Assembly: GCA_949300375.1 (NCBI GenBank)
Contig: CASGEB010000001.1
Coordinates: forward strand, 12,468 to 76,467
Source of the DNA: an uncultured Pseudomonadota bacterium
Lineage (GTDB): Bacteria > Pseudomonadota > Alphaproteobacteria > RF32 > CAG-239
Length of the DNA stretch: 64,000 nucleotides
Direction: 5' to 3'
Shown here in pieces: positions 20,553 to 28,698 of the stretch (positions within the stretch are counted from its first letter, which is position 1; each line of letters begins with the position of its first letter). A program made the position numbers and the translations under genes. The notes beneath the pieces are model-generated. The model was given only the letters and a program-made list of their open reading frames with translations, ran no database searches and was not told the DNA's origin.

Positions 20553-21497
20553 TTAAAAACTTTTTGCGAGTTCTTCAATTTCGGCAGGCGAACCGACCGA
20601 CACAGCGCAGATTTCTTTGTCGCTTCTCTTAATAATTCCCGAAAGAACCTTGCCGGCGCCAAGCTCAACGGCATTGGTTACGCCTTGTTCTTTCATATAA
20701 ATAACGGTTTCGCGCCAACGGACAGATCCGGTAACCTGCTCAACCAAATGCTTGACAATCTCTTTTTCATCCGTAACGGCTTCTGCCAAAACATTGGCAA
20801 TCAGCGGAATCTGCGGTTTATGAGCCTCTACTTCGGCCAATGCCTTTGCCATAACTTCGGCGGCCGGCGCCATCAACGGACTGTGAAAAGGTGCGCTGAC
20901 CGGCAGCTTTATGCATCTTTTTGCCCCAAATTCCGGCGCAATTTCAACGGCTTTTTCAATTGCCTGAATATGCCCGCTCAAAACGACCTGCCCGTCGGCA
21001 TTGTCATTTGCCGCCACACAGGTATATCCGCCTTCGGAACAAGCCTCGGCCAGAGCCACGACATCTTTGAAAGAAACGCCAATAACAGCGGCCATTCCGC
21101 CAACCCCGACCGGCACGGCTTTCTGCATGGCATCGCCGCGCGTTCTGAGCAATCTGGCCGTATCAGCCAGCGAGAATACGCCGGCGGCGCAAGCCGCAGA
21201 ATATTCGCCCAGCGAATGCCCGGCGACAAAGCTGGCCTTATCCTTAAGCTGAACGCCAAATTCTTTTTCCAAAACTCTGACCACAGCCATCGAATGAGCC
21301 ATCAACGCCGGCTGGGCGTTGGTCGTCAGCGTCAAATCGCTTTCCGGCCCTTCTGACATAATCTTAAACAAATCCTGCGAAAGGGCTTCGTTAACTTCCT
21401 GAAAAACATCTTTGGCCGATTTAAAATTCTCTGCTAATTCCTTGCCCATGCCCACAAATTGCGAGCCCTGGCCCGGGAACACAAAAGCATATTTCAT
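20553..21497 (-). CDS. fabD: Malonyl-CoA-ACP transacylase FabD
   Basis: 314 aa with FPGQGSQ and the active-site GHSLGEYSA. Confidence 0.93.
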   Translation of the reverse strand: MKYAFVFPGQGSQFVGMGKELAENFKSAKDVFQEVNEALSQDLFKIMSEGPESDLTLTTNAQPALMAHSMAVVRVLEKEFGVQLKDKASFVAGHSLGEYSAACAAGVFSLADTARLLRTRGDAMQKAVPVGVGGMAAVIGVSFKDVVALAEACSEGGYTCVAANDNADGQVVLSGHIQAIEKAVEIAPEFGAKRCIKLPVSAPFHSPLMAPAAEVMAKALAEVEAHKPQIPLIANVLAEAVTDEKEIVKHLVEQVTGSVRWRETVIYMKEQGVTNAVELGAGKVLSGIIKRSDKEICAVSVGSPAEIEELAKSF

Positions 21498-21599
21498 TAA
21501 AACCTCTTTATTCTATTAATATCGCGTTAAGGTTTATCGATTATTGTCATAAAGTCAAGACAAAAACCCATTTTATACCATCGCAAAGGAAGTCATATC

Positions 21600-22028
21600 A
21601 TGTTCAAACTCGTTCCCGGACTGGCACAGAAAGCCCGCGTTGCCGATCTGAAGCTCTGCACCGTTTTGTTTGAAGACAACCGCTTTTATCCGTGGATTTT
21701 TCTGGTTCCTAAACGGGAAAACGTCAAAAATATGACTTTTCTGAGTATGGAAGACCGCCTGCAGCTGATGCGTGAGATGGCGCTCTGCGAAAAAGTTATG
21801 GCCGGATTGTTTCCGCATGACCAGACCAACGTGGCAATGATCGGCAACAAAACGCCGCAGCTTCATATCCACATCCTCTGCCGCAAAGAAGGCGATCCCG
21901 ACTGGCCGACCACCGTTTGGAACAACCATTCGGAACCTTACGCCCCGGAAGAAAAACAAAAGATAATTTCCCGCATCAAAACCGCAATAGAAAAAGAAAA
22001 AGCCAACGAAATTTATTGCCAAAATTAA
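21600..22028 (+). CDS. HIT-family protein
   Basis: 142 aa with the histidine triad PQLHIHIL and an SD aggaag upstream. Confidence 0.75.
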   Translation: MFKLVPGLAQKARVADLKLCTVLFEDNRFYPWIFLVPKRENVKNMTFLSMEDRLQLMREMALCEKVMAGLFPHDQTNVAMIGNKTPQLHIHILCRKEGDPDWPTTVWNNHSEPYAPEEKQKIISRIKTAIEKEKANEIYCQN

Positions 22029-22089
22029 GAATTCTTTGAGGATTTCAGGCATATAATCCAGCCAAAGGCAAGGAAACGGACATAAAAAA

Positions 22090-24372
22090 ATGGCAAGAAA
22101 AAAGAAAAAAGAAAAAAACATTATCATCAGAATTCTGTGGCGCATTTTCGGAGCGGCATTAATTGTTTTTCCGCTTTACGCTTTTCTCAGCTGTATTTTC
22201 TGCCACGTCGGCGATAATTCCTTTTTGTCCGCCTCTGCCGCGCCGGTCAAAAACCTGTTGGGAAGCGGCGGGGCAAACACAGCCGCGTTTATTTTCAATT
22301 ACTTCGGCATTGCGCTTTTTCCGTTTCTCTGCGCAATAATGGCCTGGGGCTGGCAGCTGGCGCGCGCCAAAGAACTCGAATTTCCGGCTTACCGGACTTT
22401 CTCTCTCCTTTTCGGCATTTTGAGCTTTTCCATGTTTTTAAGCCTGCTGCCTGATTTTACCGGCGTTTTCCGCCTCGGCGGAACCGTCGGCGCGCTTTTT
22501 GCCGGCCATATTCTGACACTTTTCAAAAAGCTTTATGTCTACGGCTATGCCGATTGGATTTTCGGCACGATTTTGCTGCTGTTCTCCATCTTTTTCTTCA
22601 ACTTTGCCGCCGGCATCACCTGCCGCAGCTGGCTTGCTTTCGGCCGCCGTCTGTCCGGCTGGATTAAAATCGGCGCTTTATGGACAGCCGCCGCCTTCCG
22701 CTACATTTTCAGCTTTGCGCCGCGCCGCCGCGAGGAAAAGCTTAAAGAAACGGCAAAAGAAAAAACGCCGCGCCGTAAAAAAGAAAAAACTGCCAAAAAC
22801 AAAGAAGATAAAAAAGAACCGGGCTTTGAAAAATCAAAACCTTATGCTCCGGAACCGGCCGGCGATGATTATCAGTATCCAAGTGTGGAAATCCTTTCAA
22901 AGCCAAAAGAAAAGAACACCCACAACGTCAGCCAGAAAGAGCTGGACAAGATTGCGCTTGATTTGGAAAACGTTTTGCAGGAATTCGGCATTAACGGCAA
23001 AATCGTCAAAATCCGCCCCGGACCGGTCGTTACTCTCTATGAACTGGAACCCGCCCCCGGCACCAAAACCGCCCGCGTTATCAGTCTGGCGGACGATATT
23101 GCCCGCTCAATGAGCGCCGTTTCCGTCCGTATTGCCGTTGTTCCGGGCAGCAACACCATCGGTATTGAAATGCCGAACCCGACCCGTGAGATTGTTTATT
23201 TAAGAGAATTGCTTGACAGTGAGGAATTCAAAAACGCCAAAGGGGCATTAACCGTTACGCTCGGCAAAGACATCGGCGGCAAAAATGTTTATGCCGACCT
23301 GGCCAAAATGCCGCACTTGCTGGTAGCCGGAACAACCGGTTCCGGAAAATCCGTCGGCGTCAATACCATGATTTTATCGCTGCTCTACAAAATGCGTCCG
23401 GACGAATGCAAACTCATTATGATTGACCCGAAAATGCTCGAATTTTCATTATACAATGGAATTCCGCACTTGTTAACGCCGGTGATTACCGATCCGGCCA
23501 AAGCCGTTATCGGATTAAAATGGGCGGTTAAGGAAATGGAAGACCGCTACCGCGCCATGGCTCAGCTGAATGTCCGCAATATCTCCGGCTATAACCAGAA
23601 ACTACGCGAACTCAAAGCCAGCGGACAAAAAATCAAACGGACGATACAAACCGGATTCGATACCGAAACCGGAGCTCCGATTTATGAAGAACAAGACTTA
23701 GACCTCACGCCGCTGCCATATATTGTTATCATCGTTGATGAAATGGCCGACCTGATGCTCGTTGCCGGCAAAGAGGTTGAAGCCGCCATCCAGCGCCTGG
23801 CCCAGATGGCGCGTGCTGCCGGACTGCATTTGATTATGTCCACCCAGCGGCCGTCCGTCGACGTCATCACCGGCACGATTAAAGCCAACTTCCCAACCCG
23901 CATCAGTTTTCAGGTAACGTCCAAAATCGACAGCCGCACCATTTTGGGCGAACAAGGCGCGGAACAACTGCTCGGCATGGGCGATATGCTCTATATGCCG
24001 GCCGGCCAGCGTCCGTTGCGCGTTCACGCCGGATTCGTCAAAGACAGCGAAATTGAAAGCATCGTCGAATTCTTAAAAGCGCAAAAAGCGCCGGAATACG
24101 TTGAAGGCGTAACCGAAGGACAACTGAACGAAAAAGACAGCGGCGCCGTCTTTGACAAAGGCAGTTTCGGCGGAGGTTCCGGCGGCGGAGAAGACGATTT
24201 GTACGCGCAGGCCGTTGCCATCGTCAAAAACGATAAAAAAACCTCCATCAGTTACGTTCAGCGCCGTCTGAGAATTGGATATAACAAAGCGGCGACCCTG
24301 ATTGAGCGTATGGAAGAAGAAGGCATTATCAGCGCCCCCGACCACGCCGGCAAACGGGAAATTCTGGAATAA
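22090..24372 (+). CDS. ftsK: DNA translocase FtsK
   Basis: 760 aa with N-terminal TM segments, a K/E-rich linker, Walker A GTTGSGKS and a C-terminal winged-helix gamma domain (ISYVQRRLRIGYNKAA). Confidence 0.95.
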   Translation: MARKKKKEKNIIIRILWRIFGAALIVFPLYAFLSCIFCHVGDNSFLSASAAPVKNLLGSGGANTAAFIFNYFGIALFPFLCAIMAWGWQLARAKELEFPAYRTFSLLFGILSFSMFLSLLPDFTGVFRLGGTVGALFAGHILTLFKKLYVYGYADWIFGTILLLFSIFFFNFAAGITCRSWLAFGRRLSGWIKIGALWTAAAFRYIFSFAPRRREEKLKETAKEKTPRRKKEKTAKNKEDKKEPGFEKSKPYAPEPAGDDYQYPSVEILSKPKEKNTHNVSQKELDKIALDLENVLQEFGINGKIVKIRPGPVVTLYELEPAPGTKTARVISLADDIARSMSAVSVRIAVVPGSNTIGIEMPNPTREIVYLRELLDSEEFKNAKGALTVTLGKDIGGKNVYADLAKMPHLLVAGTTGSGKSVGVNTMILSLLYKMRPDECKLIMIDPKMLEFSLYNGIPHLLTPVITDPAKAVIGLKWAVKEMEDRYRAMAQLNVRNISGYNQKLRELKASGQKIKRTIQTGFDTETGAPIYEEQDLDLTPLPYIVIIVDEMADLMLVAGKEVEAAIQRLAQMARAAGLHLIMSTQRPSVDVITGTIKANFPTRISFQVTSKIDSRTILGEQGAEQLLGMGDMLYMPAGQRPLRVHAGFVKDSEIESIVEFLKAQKAPEYVEGVTEGQLNEKDSGAVFDKGSFGGGSGGGEDDLYAQAVAIVKNDKKTSISYVQRRLRIGYNKAATLIERMEEEGIISAPDHAGKREILE

Positions 24373-24383
24373 AGGAAACACAA

Positions 24384-24860
24384 ATGAACAAAAATCAATC
24401 AGATAAGGAATTATACATTATACATACTTCTAAAAAGTTTTTTTTGAATATTTTCTTAATATTGTTAAGTTCAATTATTGCAATTCTTGTTATTATGATA
24501 TTTGCAATAACCCAAAAACACCAAATATATGTCCCTTTTATCGCCATGATACTGTTGATGGATATCTTATTCGCTTTAAAATTTTTATCAATTATTACTT
24601 CCAAAACAAACGGTATGATAATAAAAACAGACGGAATTGTCTGCCAACTTCATCCCTACAACCCCCCAAAATTCTATCCATTCGAAAATCTTAAAAATAT
24701 TTTTCCTGACAGCAAATACCCGCAAAAAGTACTTATTCTTGATTATGGTACAAAAAAAGGAATCATTTTTTTCAGCCTTTACAAAGAACCTCAAGAACAA
24801 ATTTTAGCACAAATTATATCTGCCTGGGAACAATATAAACAATACAAAAAACAACAATAA
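24384..24860 (+). CDS. Hypothetical membrane protein (two TM helices plus a small soluble domain)
   Basis: 158 aa in a very AT-rich stretch, with an SD aaggaaa 7 nt upstream. Its architecture resembles that of the next gene. Confidence 0.5.
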   Translation: MNKNQSDKELYIIHTSKKFFLNIFLILLSSIIAILVIMIFAITQKHQIYVPFIAMILLMDILFALKFLSIITSKTNGMIIKTDGIVCQLHPYNPPKFYPFENLKNIFPDSKYPQKVLILDYGTKKGIIFFSLYKEPQEQILAQIISAWEQYKQYKKQQ

Positions 24861-24877
24861 AAATTTTATGCTGACTA

Positions 24878-25378
24878 ATGAATCAAGAATTCAAAGTTTC
24901 TAAATCCCGTTGTTCTGAAATAATCCGCATTACGCTTCCATGCGTCCTTTGCAGCGGTATCTTAACCATACACTATGCAGATAAAGATCCTTTAAGAGCG
25001 GCTTTTTTAGCCGTTATATTTTTATATTCCCTGTACCTGTGCATAAAATACATTCAGATAAGAAACAAACCCCTCTTAATCATAACCTCTCAGGGAATTG
25101 TCGACAATTATTACGGATTTGACTTTATTTATTATTCCGAAATACAGAATATTGAGCTGATAAATCATAAAAAACAGAACACAATCAAAATTAAGATTAA
25201 AAATATCAACAGCATTCTTCAAAGATTAAATAAACCTCAAAGATTACTCCGAAAACTAAAAAGACAGTACAATAAATATTGCATACAAGTCCCTACTTAT
25301 CTCTTTCAAGAAGATACAGAAGAAATATTCACCGTTCTTAACAACGCTTTTAATGAGCACCAACAGCAAAATAATTAA
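24878..25378 (+). CDS. Hypothetical membrane protein (two TM helices plus a small soluble domain)
   Basis: 166 aa, AT-rich, in tandem with the previous gene and with the same predicted topology. The motif LLIITSQGIV matches GMIIKTDGIV in its neighbour. Confidence 0.5.
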   Translation: MNQEFKVSKSRCSEIIRITLPCVLCSGILTIHYADKDPLRAAFLAVIFLYSLYLCIKYIQIRNKPLLIITSQGIVDNYYGFDFIYYSEIQNIELINHKKQNTIKIKIKNINSILQRLNKPQRLLRKLKRQYNKYCIQVPTYLFQEDTEEIFTVLNNAFNEHQQQNN

Positions 25379-25484
25379 CTGCTTTTCTCTTCGGCTAAAA
25401 TTACCACAAAAACATAAAAACACCTTAAATAAACCCTTTTTATTTATACATGCCTTAAACATCTCTACAAGTGAAAAACACCGG

Positions 25485-25754
25485 CAACCGCAGAACGCAG
25501 TTTTTACCAAAAATTACGAAGAATGAGGCTAGTAATAAGAAAAAACCTTTAAGGCGACAGGAGTGTACGTAGTGGTACATGATTAGCCTTAAGAACTTTC
25601 TATACTAAACACCCTTTCAAGCCGCTGTAAAACTGCGGTATGTGAGTCAGATAATAAGAAAAAAGAATTTTAGCGACAGGAGTGTATAAAGACATACATG
25701 ACTTAGCTAAAATTCTTTTTTCTGTATTAGGTGACCGCAGAGCGCGGTTTTACC
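25485..25754. repeat. Nested-palindrome element locus 2: array of a terminal fragment, an A-type unit and a B-type unit
   Basis: The A unit is at 25521-25610 (stem partly decayed, upper stem tgtac/gtaca). The B unit is at 25647-25754 (stem agaaaaaagaattttagc/gctaaaattcttttttct, upper stem tgtat/ataca). It ends 1 nt before the hppA stop. Confidence 0.85.
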
Positions 25755-28166
25755 CTATATTTTCATCTTGTAGAAAGACCGATATACAAACACCAATCCC
25801 AACAATAAGAAGAAAATACCCAGGCCGAGAGATACACATCTCGGAGCCGCTACGGCCATCTCAACCGCCAGCAAACCGAACAACGTCGTAAATTTGATAA
25901 TCGGGTTGAGAGCAACGGAAGACGTGTCTTTGAACGGATCACCGACCGTATCGCCGACAACCGTCGCATCATGCAGCGGCGTGCCTTTCTCGTTCAAATC
26001 GACCTCAACCACTTTCTTGGCGTTATCCCATGCGCCGCCGGCATTCGCCATAAACAAAGCCTGGAACAAACCAAATACGGCAATTGAAATCAGATAGCTT
26101 GCAAACAGATTTGCGTCAAAGCAGGCAAAAGCAATCGTAAAGGAAAAGATTACGATAAAGATGTTAAACATACCCTTTTGCGCATAAATCGTGCAAATCT
26201 TGACCACTTCCTGAGAATCTTTCTGCGAAGCAGCTTTCTTACCGCTCAGTTTGATATGTTTTTTAATAAAATCAACCGCACGATAAGCACCGGTCGAAAC
26301 CGCCTGCATTGAAGCGCCGGAGAACCAGTAAATCACCGCACCGCCGAGAATAAGGCCGAACAGGACTTGCGGATCCAGCAGATTCAGTTTCAGGTTAAGC
26401 AGCAGGATAATCGAGAAAATCATCGTCGTTGCGCCGATAACGGCCGTACCGATAAGCACCGGCTTGGCCGTTGCTTTAAAGGTATTTCCGGCGCCGTCAT
26501 TAGCCTCCAGCAAATGTTTGCCTTGCTCAAAATTCGGTTTAAAGCCGTATTTTTTCTCAATATCTTTATCAACGTTCTTAATACCTTCAATCTGAGAAAG
26601 TTCAAAAACAGACTGGGCATTGTCGGTTACCGGACCATAGCTGTCTACGGCAATCGTAACCGGCCCCATGCCAAGCATACCGAAAGCCACCAGACCAAAA
26701 GCAAACACTGTCGGATAAACCATAAAGCTGTCCAAACCGGATTGAGCGGTAAAGAATGCAACCACCATCAGGCCGACCATAACGGCACCTTGCCAGAAAG
26801 CCGAGAAATTACCGGCAACAATACCGGAAATAATATTCAGCGAAGCACCGGCCTCACGGCTGGATTTGACAATTTCCTGAACATGCTGGGATTTTGACGA
26901 AGTAAAGATTTTGGTAAATTCCGGAATCAAAGCCGCAGCCAAAGTACCGCAGCTGATAATCAGAGAAAGTCTCCACCACAAATCGGGGCTGAGATCGCCG
27001 ATCATCACATAAGAAACGCCGAAAGTAACGGCAATCGAGATAATGGAAGTAAACCAAATCAGGCTGGTCAATGGTTTTTCAAAATCAAAAAATTCCTTTT
27101 TGCCGTAAAGGGCGCAAGAAACTTTGTTATTGAGCCAGTAAGAAACTAATGAAGTAATAATCATCAGGAGTCTCATGGCAAAAATCCAGACAATCAGACG
27201 AGCCTGAAAATCAATGCCGTTCGGCATCAGGGTCAAATCGCCGTTCGGGGCATACATCATACCGGCGCCCAAAACGATAAAGCTGATAAGAGCCACGCCG
27301 GTAACGCCGTAAGTTTCAAAACCATCGGCAGTCGGGCCGACGGAGTCGCCGGCATTATCACCGGTACAATCGGCAATCACGCCCGGATTGCGGGCATCAT
27401 CTTCACCGATTTTGAAAATAATTTTCATCAGGTCTGCGCCAATATCGGCGATTTTGGTAAAAATACCGCCGCAAATACGCAAAGCCGCCGCCCCTAAAGA
27501 TTCACCGATGGCAAATCCGATAAAGCAGGCGCCGGCGCTTTCTTTCGGCACAAACAACAAAATGGCAATCATCATAATCAGTTCAACGCAAATCAGCAAA
27601 ACGCCGATAGACATACCGGAACGCAGCGGCAGGCTCATAACCTTGTAAGCCTTGGCTTCCAGAGAAGAAAATGCTGTGCGGGCATTGGCATAATTGTTAA
27701 TGCGCATACCAAACCAGGCCACTGAATAAGAACCGAGAATACCGAGAACCGACCAGGAAAGGATTGTCAGCACTTTCGGCATCGGCGTTGCGTTGAGATA
27801 ATAGAAATAGTAGAAAATACAAACCGCAATAAACAATTCCAGAAGCAAAAGCAGTTTAGCTTGTTGTTTCATATAGGTTTTGCAGGTCGCATAAATCAGT
27901 TCCGATACTTTCAGCATGGCTTCGTGAGCAGGCATTTTTTTGATTTTAAGAAATTCGTACAAACCAAAAAGCATACCAAGGACGCAAATGCTCATGCCGT
28001 AAAACAAAATCTGCGATCCGAGGACGGAATAACCGAAGATATTGTATTCCACATCCAAAGACGGAATTTTGAGGTCGATTTCTGAAGCATACGCCCCTTG
28101 AACCACCCCGACCAGCGCCAGCATCAGAGCGCCGGCGAAAGTCTTAAATTTTTTCAAACCAAACAT
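25755..28166 (-). CDS. hppA: Membrane-bound proton/sodium-translocating pyrophosphatase
   Basis: Multi-TM protein with GDNAGD- and DTVGDPFKDT-type motifs and GNTFKAT. The start chosen is MFGLKK (28166, SD aaggaaaa). The ORF-track start at 28307 adds 47 non-membrane residues and is unlikely. Confidence 0.9.
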   Translation of the reverse strand: MFGLKKFKTFAGALMLALVGVVQGAYASEIDLKIPSLDVEYNIFGYSVLGSQILFYGMSICVLGMLFGLYEFLKIKKMPAHEAMLKVSELIYATCKTYMKQQAKLLLLLELFIAVCIFYYFYYLNATPMPKVLTILSWSVLGILGSYSVAWFGMRINNYANARTAFSSLEAKAYKVMSLPLRSGMSIGVLLICVELIMMIAILLFVPKESAGACFIGFAIGESLGAAALRICGGIFTKIADIGADLMKIIFKIGEDDARNPGVIADCTGDNAGDSVGPTADGFETYGVTGVALISFIVLGAGMMYAPNGDLTLMPNGIDFQARLIVWIFAMRLLMIITSLVSYWLNNKVSCALYGKKEFFDFEKPLTSLIWFTSIISIAVTFGVSYVMIGDLSPDLWWRLSLIISCGTLAAALIPEFTKIFTSSKSQHVQEIVKSSREAGASLNIISGIVAGNFSAFWQGAVMVGLMVVAFFTAQSGLDSFMVYPTVFAFGLVAFGMLGMGPVTIAVDSYGPVTDNAQSVFELSQIEGIKNVDKDIEKKYGFKPNFEQGKHLLEANDGAGNTFKATAKPVLIGTAVIGATTMIFSIILLLNLKLNLLDPQVLFGLILGGAVIYWFSGASMQAVSTGAYRAVDFIKKHIKLSGKKAASQKDSQEVVKICTIYAQKGMFNIFIVIFSFTIAFACFDANLFASYLISIAVFGLFQALFMANAGGAWDNAKKVVEVDLNEKGTPLHDATVVGDTVGDPFKDTSSVALNPIIKFTTLFGLLAVEMAVAAPRCVSLGLGIFFLLLGLVFVYRSFYKMKI

Positions 28167-28394
28167 ATGATTTTCCTTATAGATTGATACCAACAAACCA
28201 ACGGAAACCAAACGGATTCCCGCCGTGGTTCTGCCCGTTATCTTATTATTTCTTTCTAAACAATCGGTTAAGAATCGACAAATATAATCTTTCCGCTCCG
28301 GCATCAAAAATATTGTTGGAAAAGAAAAAGATTTATTTTGGCATCAGCCCCGGGCGTGCTAATATAATTATGTATGATTTTGAGGAGAAAAAAG

Positions 28395-28661
28395 ATGAAA
28401 AAATTATTAATGCTGGGATTGTTGTTTGCTGTCGGAGCCTGTGCCGTTTCCGAAACCAAAGTCAAAGAAACCTACCCCTACGGTATGAATGAAAAAGAAT
28501 GGAATCAGCTTTCCATAAAAGATAAAGCCGCCATCCGCCGTGATTTTTACTTTTATGAAAAAGGCTCAACCTCTTTCGTTAATCCGAAGCTGGAAATCGA
28601 AGGCCGACAGGATAGCAGCCAAAGCGTTTTCTTAAAACAGGAGAACAGACGCCCGCAATAA
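28395..28661 (+). CDS. Small putative lipoprotein
   Basis: It has the signal peptide MKKLLMLGLLFAVGAC with a lipobox Cys, and an SD gaggag upstream. Confidence 0.55.
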   Translation: MKKLLMLGLLFAVGACAVSETKVKETYPYGMNEKEWNQLSIKDKAAIRRDFYFYEKGSTSFVNPKLEIEGRQDSSQSVFLKQENRRPQ

Positions 28662-28669
28662 ACTAAAGC

Positions 28670-28698
28670 AAAATCCCGTTTTGGCGGGATTTTGTTTT
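28670..28698. terminator. Bidirectional hairpin terminator
   Basis: Stem aaaatcccg/cgggatttt, flanked by A and T runs, between convergent genes. Confidence 0.75.

Noticed and set aside
22535-23113. A 192-aa alternative-frame ORF inside ftsK rich in A/P/K/R.
   Set aside because: It lies in the ftsK linker region, and the ftsK frame is continuous and conserved on both sides.
25682-25891. ORFs starting MYK(D/N)IHDLAKILFSVLG at 25682 and at 62176, which look like a conserved small-protein family.
   Set aside because: The shared N-terminus is just the translated B-type palindromic repeat. The GTG start overlaps the SD-like aggag. Both ORFs then run antisense into hppA and the LptG-like gene.
28167-28307. 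N-terminal extensions offered by the ORF track for hppA (28167-28307), the csoR-like gene (30652-30774), the metallothionein-like gene (30842-30952), grpE (18719-18898), the DUF378 gene (49657-49857) and rph (16707-16724).
   Set aside because: Internal ATG starts have proper SD sequences and match the expected protein N-termini. The extensions overlap promoters or neighbouring genes.
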